Assembly: GCA_000708835.1 (NCBI GenBank)
Contig: DF237138.1
Location: 62,001-126,000, forward strand
Reading direction: 5' to 3'
DNA length: 64,000 nt
Source of the DNA: Klebsormidium nitens
Taxonomy: Eukaryota; Plantae; Klebsormidiophyceae
The notes beneath the pieces were generated by a model. The model was given only the letters and a program-made list of their open reading frames with translations. It made no database searches and was not told where the DNA came from. A program made the position numbers and the translations under genes. Below, piece by piece: positions 56,510 to 64,000 of the stretch (position 1 is the first letter of the stretch; each line of letters begins with the position of its first letter).

Positions 56510-59500
56510 TTACAACTCTGCAAAGCGGCTCACAAACTCATACCTGTCGATCCGCAACAAAAGCGCCTCTCCCGTTCCTTCGTCGACCCACTTCTTTGGG
56601 AGCCAAACCTCGACTTGGCTGACGTGGCCCTTGTCCGGTTTTCTCACAACTAGACTCGAGAACAAGTGCACCCCACGGCGCGATTCCGTGAGCATTGTCC
56701 GAAGCCGGTCCCCAGAAGCGTCTGTCATGCGCTGATATTTGACGTCCTCGGGGGAAAGGGACTCATTGCTCTTCTCGGGCTCGATTACGACAAGCGCGAG
56801 CTGCGGATTGCCCGTAAACGTTCCGGCGATGACCGCCCACGGAAAGAGCGGAACGGCTAGACTGTGCCGGACCAGGGAACTCAGCGGAAAGAGAGCCGGG
56901 GACGCCGGAACGAACGGCAGCGACGGGAGCGCGAGGGAAACGGCCACGGCGAGGTCAGTCCGCCAGACTTCCGGTCTCTGCAGCGCGGATTCCGTCCGTT
57001 CCGCCACCCAGTGCGCGCGCGCGCCACGCCGCTCCACCAGGTGTCGCAAAAGGTTCACGAACGTCGCGATGGTGTGGCCACGTGGCTCGAGCACCGAGCA
57101 CCCGCGGCCGGGGGTTCGGCGCGGCTCCTCGGTAACCAGGGGCAGGGTTACGTTAACCAGGGTCTTCTCGAGCCACTCCGCGAGGCGGGCGCTCCCGGCA
57201 AGCGGCGGCTCCGTGCCCAGAGTGGGCACCAAATACGTGGGATCCGCCAAATCGTGTGGGGAAACGTTTACGGTGTATCCCAGGAAGTCGAGAAGCTCCC
57301 GGCGGGAGAGAAGCAGCTCCCGGCGCAGCCAGTGGTCCAGATCGAAGACACGTGTCGGGCTGTCGGGCTTGAGGTAAAGTCCCAGGTTGAGCAGCACATT
57401 TGTTTTGATTGCCACGTGTCGGCAGTCCGGCTTGAGCTGCGACCCGATTCCGGTGAGCACGTTGAGCGGGCCGACGTAGTCGATAACGTTGGTGGTGTGA
57501 ATGCGGTCGTACGCGTGTGGAGGGGAGGGGTTTACACCCGTCCGGCCGTCAGATTGAACCTTCCGTTGCGCCTCCTGTGATGAGCTAGTAGATGCATCTT
57601 CGGTCAACACTTGAACCGGTTGCCCCTGTCGGGGCTCAGTTGCAGGAGGGGGTTTGAGATGGTTGCCCGTTAGACTGTTCCGGTCTGGGAGGTTCGTCCA
57701 TTGGCGGCGGGGGTTGGGTCGGGGCAGGAACCGGGGTCGTTGTGGGAGTGCTTGGTAATGGAACACCATTACCGGCCCCGTCGCCAGCAGTCGGAGCGTC
57801 CGAGGGGGATCCCCCACCCGCGCGCTCGCGCGCCCCACCGGCCGCCTCGCAGATGTCGCCACATAGCACCCTGACGCGCACGTCGGCGCCTCTGCCGAGG
57901 AGCCGCGCGAGCGCTTGCGCCCAGATGTAGAACTGGAGGCTGGTCATGCCAACGAAACCGCGCAGCGCATCCGGCAGGTCCCGCAGGTTCGGCGCGAGGG
58001 CGAACGGGCCACCGTTGTAGAAGAGCGACTCGGGGCCGAAATTCCAGGGGTTGTCGGCCGGGTCCTTGGCCACGAACTCGCCGTCCGGAGTGATCTGACA
58101 GGGTTAAGAATAGGGTTAAGTTAGATTTTAGGATCTAGGTTTGTCCGGATCGGTAAAAGATAGGATTTCTAGGCCAGTGAAAGAGCGACTTGGGGCCGAA
58201 GTTCCAAGGGTTGTCGCCCGGATCACGAACTTTTTTCCCGAAGTCATCTGGAGAAAGTTTTGAATGAGGCTGAAGTGAATGAGTCTGAAGAAAAAGAGTG
58301 AAGCTCAGGTTTGTCTGGATTCGTCCCTAAACATAGGGATTCTAAACCGGTGAAAAGCGATTCAGCGCTGAAGTTCTAGGAGTTGTCGCACGGATCTGGC
58401 TACGAACTTGCACTCCAGAGTGATCTGGACGGGGTTACGGGCAGGGTTTAGATGAACCTCTTAGATGCTGTCTGAGGTAACAGCAATCTGTATTGCGTGC
58501 CCCCAAAGTCACCCTCAAGACATTTTCTGGAAGGGATTGAAAAGCAACTTTCAGAAACGGAGGTAGAAAATGCCTGCGTCCTGTTGTCCCTTATAACGAG
58601 GTTCTGTCTTTGTGGTCCTTGACAATCACCGCGCCCTTTGTGGTCTGCGTATAACAGGGACCGCATCCTCGTGAGAGGCTTTCCTCCAATAAAACCACTT
58701 AAAGCTTCCTCCCAATCAGACCAACAAAAATGGTCTTCGAAAGGAGACGAATCGGTGCAAAATCAGCAGACACGTCACTAAGCATTGGGGATACAGATTT
58801 AGCAATATGAATCAAATTGTTAATTCCCTCTTCCGACGTCGAGGGACACACACCACTGCAAATCCGGAGTCGGAATGAAGAGCCCAAGAGGGGGCAAACG
58901 GAAACTGAGAACCATTTCGGGTCCCCAACTTCGGTCGGAAAGACAGTTTGCGGGCAGAAGCGTGACCATCTTGAACACATGAAGAACGACAGACGAGCTA
59001 TTGTGTGTCGCGGCACTGCACTTGCATATCAGATATGAGACGGGCAGCTTTGACTAGGTTCCCTGCAACGCAGAACCAGATTGTTTGCAACTTCAGAATC
59101 AGACCCAAAGAAAGATATTTGAGTTGCAATTTCAGTTCGTATCCTCTCGGAAGGGAGATCGCGCACCTCATTGAGCATCGTCGGGTTGGGCGGCATTCCC
59201 TTCAGCCCCGTCCTGCCGGCCATGACGTCAGCATACGATGCGGTCACCCCCGTGCGCCGCCAGCTGTCCATCTCCACCCGCGCGCCCTTGTTGAATTCGT
59301 CCCGCCCGTTGCGCATCCTCATCATCGGCGCGTCCGAACGCAGCGCGGCCACCATGTGCCGCAGCTTGTACCGTCCGAACCCCTCCGGTTCCGTCCGCAT
59401 CCGCCCGAACGGATCGAATTGCGGTTTGTACCCTTCCGGAGCAACGGACGCTCCCCCCGTGCGTCCGAAGTCTCTCCACACGCGCCAAAGCGTGCGCGCC

Positions 59501-61599
59501 GCAGCGAGGGAGTGCTCGGATGGGAATTCGATCCAGCGGAGTTGCGGGTCGGTCTGCCACGTAGCAAGGGAGCGTGAGGCGGCGACGAGCGAGTTTAGGG
59601 TTTCGGTAAGTGCCGTCGACTCGGCGGCGGTCAGGTTGCAACTGAGCCACACCTTGTAGAGAAGTTCCCCCGAAAGAACGTCCTGCTCTTGAAAGTGGGT
59701 CCCCACGAAAAAGTCCTCGGAGAAGTAGTCCTGGAGCAAAAGAGATGGTCGTGTGAAATCGAAACAATGTTTACGGACGTCTTTTAGCGCTTTGGCTTGG
59801 GTTCGATCTTCCGACTTTAAGAATTGAGAGTGAATCCAATGGTCAACAACCTCCGAAAGTAACTTAGATTGTTCAGATATTTGAGACGAGCTGCTGGGCA
59901 CAGGTGGTATGAAACAAGATGCCAACCACGCATGAGTTCAATCATGCAAGATATGCGGGAACGAAGTGCGGTGGCTTCAGTGATGCTCCTTTGCTGCTGT
60001 CGTTATTCTGCAAACGAGCGAAACAAGTGGACTAAGTCTATGCTTTCTGATTGTGCTTAGACCGAACTCAATAGATGCTCGTGGATCACCACTCCAAGCT
60101 GAAGAGCCCAGCACACTGTCGATGATGGTACAACAAGATAAGCGCTTGCCGCAATAGAGTAGTCTAATACAGAGTAGACGGAAAGACAGTTCAGTGTGAA
60201 CAACACCACCCTCTTTGCAAGATTAGCAACTACAGCAAAACAAGTTCTTGCACTTTATCTTCAATTACAAACCAATTCTGAGAAGGATGATCAGGCAGTC
60301 ACTGGCAGAAGAGAGAGGGTTTTCGTGAAAGTGCTGCAGGGGGAAACTTGGAATTCAGAATCGCTTCTGCACCTTTAAACGCCTTCTTTATCTCCCAAAT
60401 GCTGATATCCTCTTGAAACCGACAAGATCAGAATCACCAATTTCCTATTTTGCTCTTCCGGCAGTACCTACATTGGAGTCCCTCCCAGGATGCGCATCCT
60501 CCCACGCCTTCACGTACTTGCGCGTGACGTTCTTTGTGCTGTCCCCTTCCTCCATCGTCTCGATCATGTCGACGTACTTGATCTGCCACCGCAGTTTGTC
60601 GAGCACCGCACCCCCGTCCTCTGAGCACCCGGGCTGCGTTCCGACGTCCCGTAGCAGCACCAACATGAGTACGTTCCGGGCCAGGATGCGCACGTCGAGA
60701 TCGTTCATGTCACAAATCAATGACACGCCTTCCCACAGCGTTGCGCCTTCCTCACCGTCACTCTCTGTACCCTTCTCTGAAGCCTTTCCAGAATCTGCAG
60801 TTAGACCCTCCTCTGAGCCCTCCTCTAAATTCTCCTCTGAACCAACTTCTGACCATTCCTCTAAACCCTCCTCAAGATTATACTGAGCCGTCAAATGCGA
60901 CTCGAGCTCGTAGAAGCTCTGCATGACGTGGCGAGGGTCTCCGCAGGCGCCGAACAAGAGGCGGACATTCAGCTTCTCGCCCGAGCTCAACTCTGCCAGC
61001 TCTGAAATTGGAATCGGCTCAATCCCGGTCCCATCCACCGCCCCAAACGCTCCGATCAGCCCATCCGGATCCTCGTGTCCCACTGGGTAGTGCCCAAAGT
61101 CTGAGGAGATCGATGCCCGGGTGGTGGGCAAAGACAATGCTGATCGGTCGTAAGTTTGATGAGCCACGCCTAGTTAATGGACTATCCGACGGGTCTCGGC
61201 CCCAACGCAATGCTGCCGCCCCAGGCGCGCCTCCACCTTCTCCAGCAGTTCGCAGAATCTCAAGCACGTGCCCCACTCTTTCCGCTGCAATGCCGCCCGC
61301 CGCGCCCTGTTCAGCACTTTCTCCCGAAGCTGCAGCCCCTTGCTGACGTCAGCGGTCACGTCAGCGGAGTCCAGGAGAGCGAGGGCGGCTGAGTCGTCTG
61401 CAAGGCTGGCGGCGTAGTCCCCCGTCTCAAAGTGAGCAGCAGCCCTGTTCGAGAGGAACACCGGCTCGTTGGGAAGCACATTGTGGGCCTCGGTGTACAG
61501 GCGAACTGCTTCCGAGAACCGCTTGCTGCCATATGCCTGATTGCCCTGAGTTTTATACGCTTCGGCGGCTGCCTCCACGTTCCTGATGGAGGTCTCCAT
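56510..61599 (-). pseudogene. TPR + DUF4470 (SAM-methyltransferase-like) protein gene, apparently disrupted
   Basis: ATG at 61599. TPR: AEAYKTQGNQAYGSKRFSEAVRLYTEA...PVFLSNRAAAHFETGDYAASLAD. DUF4470-like motifs HYPVGHE, LLFGACGDPRHV, DMNDLDVRILARNVLMLVLL, then later VLCGDI and YDRIHTTNVIDYVG. Approximate exons 60472..61599, 59167..~59880 (acceptor unresolved) and 56510..58094. In-frame TAA at 61174-61176. A frame change near 57650 is either +1 nt in a homopolymer or an 88-nt intron at 57685..57772. Confidence 0.6.
58165..58430 (-). repeat. Echoes of the last-exon acceptor plus 5' segment of the TPR-DUF4470 gene (2 copies)
   Basis: Minus strand cag|ATGACTTCGGG (58247) and cag|ATCACTCTGGAG (58424) versus the true cag|ATCACTCCGGAC (58094). 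Each carries a decayed gacaacccctggaatttcggccccgagtcgctc motif. Spacings 153 and 177 bp. Confidence 0.88.
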
Positions 61600-62082
61600 G
61601 CTTGGCAAGGTGGTGTCACTTGAGGACGTCAGCGACCACGCCAAACGGCGCCATTGGCTCACTGTGAAACGAATGTCTTGGAGACCGCCACCGCTGAGCA
61701 GATGGAGCACCAGCAGCAAGAAGTATGAAGGAAGTAGGTTGCAGTCTGCAGACAACTTCAGCCGCAGCGAGAAACCTCTCATCGGCGGCATTGACAATGA
61801 GGGGGATCTAAGTCTAGAGCCTCAGCTATAGCCTGAGGAGCTCAATGCTGCCGCAGATTAGTGTGCATGCAAGATCCACGATCCTTTTCCGCAACTTGAC
61901 ACCACGACTCCTTGATGAAGTTGATCTGGGCTGATGCGCCCAGCGGAAACTAGACCACAACTGGCACCGGTGTCAATCTTGATTTTCTCCTAGTGGCGGG
62001 AGGATGGACCCGCACGAATCGTCCGATCTGCCTATCGCACGGTTCCCGTCGCGCACAATGGACATCACCAGGAACATCCAGG

Positions 62083-62281
62083 ATACTGGCAACTCTTGCT
62101 TTCACTAAGGGGTGCTTTCACTAAGATACAAGAGCCCCGGGCACCTCAACTAAAAACCCTAACCTAAATAATGACCCGCTCCGCACCCTTAACCACCCTA
62201 ACCCCCAAACAAACCCCACCCGTCTCCCGGGTGCCTGTCTTAGTGAAAGCACCCCTTAGTGAAAGCAAGTTTTGCCAGAGT
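62083..62281. mobile_element. MITE B, Mutator-like (199 bp, 9-bp TSD), same core as MITE A in opposite orientation
   Basis: TSD acatccagg at 62074-62082 and 62282-62290. About 40-bp TIRs ctggcaactcttgctttcactaaggggtgctttcactaaga / tcttagtgaaagcaccccttagtgaaagcaagttttgccag, with the 12-mer gctttcactaag x2 in each arm. Confidence 0.88.
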
Positions 62282-64000
62282 ACATCCAGGAACATCGGAC
62301 CGTCCGATATCGCAAGTCAATCTGGTGACTGGACGCGAAACAGGCGGCGGTTTGGGCATTTGGTTCACCCAAGTGGAAAGCGGCGAGTCCCTAGGACTAC
62401 ACTCGAGCATCAAATTGCGTTGAAATACAAAAGCCCCGGGAACCAAAACCGAAGCTCTTAACCCAATACTGTAAGCGCTCGGCACCCGCATTCACTAACC
62501 CTTCGAATAAACGCAATTGTCCTCCGGGTGCATAGGGGGTTCATAACATCGTGCATTCGGCTGTTCAATTGCAAGCCACCTGTGTTGAGTCTCAGCTCCC
62601 TCTGTAAAATCAGACTTGCAGCCAATTCCTTCGTGAGGCTAAAGACGCTGGTGAGACAATAGCTGTGGTTGTAGCTGCAACTTCCGACAGCGGAGGACGG
62701 TGCCTGCGAAGCATTTTTGGCAGCCTTTAAGCTGGCCAGCTACGATAGCGTCAGGGCTTCATCACGCGAAAAACAGAGAGTGTGGCAGATTCTGGCTTGT
62801 TGCAGAGCTCTCGCAATAAGGCGCGTTTACTTTGACATAGAAGATCCAACATGCAGCTGTACGGATATGATGACACACCATTTTGCTGCTCAACTTGGTC
62901 CTCAACTTTGGAGAGATTCTTGTCTGCTGAGTCGTCTCTTTTAAGAGAGAGAGTTGATCAATGTTGACCTTCTTGATAGAAAAACCGAAGGGAGAGAGAG
63001 GAGACTTGCAAGCTGGTTGCTTCACCTTGTTCAACTGTAGCTTCTTTTGCCGAGTGATTCCGCATGGTCAATGCTGCGTGATCAAATTAATGCAGCAAGA
63101 TCCAAACAAATGCAGCTTTGTTCTTGGAAGAAAGGAAGGAGGGAGGTATGTCAGGACGGCTGAGCTGGCTGAGTGTACAGAGCTTCGGGGCCTGCACATC
63201 GCGTGCCTTTTGAGGAGAGAGAGATCGTGCTCATACCAGCACAAGTGATCTAGGTATGCTCAGTTGCTCCATTTTGATGACATTGCTTGAGCTAAAATAC
63301 CAAGTGACGTTGATCAATCAATTGCTAAAGAGGTGTGTAAAGCATAGCTCGGGAACCGAGGTTGTAGCCTATTCTGGACATCTGAATGTCCCAACCTTTC
63401 AACAACTCTGCATCATTAATAGCGAGGGCATAGGTCATAATGCTGCCAGTCTCTGATCACTGCTGAGAAAGGATGTGCAACATTCTGATGAGCCAGGGAT
63501 GGGGTCGTAATCCAACTGCAGATACACGAGCTTTGTGCATGACCTTGCACTCACCTATCTTCAAACCTCACAACCTGTATTGTGAGAGCCTGACCGAGAA
63601 GGTTAGAATAAGATTATACAAAAAAGAAACCGGTGATTAGAATCAACACTCAATTGACCTGCTCAAGAGCAATCTGGAACTTTAGAATCATATTCGACGA
63701 TTGCCAGGGTCTGAGAGTCACGCTTTGCATCTTAGCCCCGCTGGTTGAAGGTTCTAGACCTTAGCCGAGCCAGCAGCGTTTGCCCCAGAGGTTTGTTTGG
63801 CAGTGCTACGAGGCACTTCGATCTTCAAAAGTAGTCCGAGCTTGTCCACTGGCAAAAGCAATGGGAAGGTCAGAGCCAAAGTAAAGGTCATGTGCAGCTA
63901 CAGATTTTGAAAGGTCCCAGACGTCAGTATGCTCTCCTTTTGAAAATACAGGGAGCATTGAATTGGCTACTAATCGTTCAGCTCTGGTTGTTCTCAAGCT

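Noticed and set aside
62300-64000. Possible decayed minus-strand coding region at the window end
   Set aside because: Frames are broken by frequent stops and I recognised no family motif. The region may belong to a feature extending beyond the window.

Overview
Eukaryotic nuclear DNA with many GT-AG introns. It is most likely a streptophyte green alga (Klebsormidium-like); this is inferred from plant-type gene families and splice-site style, not from a database match. By hand I reconstructed six frame-consistent multi-exon genes: a BAT1-like amino-acid permease (-), a PLP-dependent Cys/Met-metabolism lyase/synthase (+), TAF12 (-), an RH14/40/46-like DEAD-box helicase with a mitochondrial-like presequence (+), a GH17-X8-GPI beta-1,3-glucanase (-) and a PAKRP2/KINID1-like kinesin (+). 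Two further genes are disrupted: an intronless F-box/LRR/ARM gene (+) and a TPR-DUF4470 gene (-). Two features stand out. (1) 'Exon echoes': at 10 exon boundaries in 6 loci, decaying tandem copies of the splice site or stop-codon region plus adjacent exon sequence are stacked into the flanking intron or 3' region. The repeat period is about 160 bp (124-196 bp); an eleventh case in TAF12 has a 60-bp period. (2) Two ~190-200 bp Mutator-like MITEs with 9-bp TSDs share a telomere-like G-rich core and the same terminal 4-mers but have completely different TIR sequences. Genes alternate strand almost perfectly, forming head-to-head pairs, one of which is a permease plus an amino-acid-converting enzyme. 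No rRNA, tRNA or CRISPR array was recognised.
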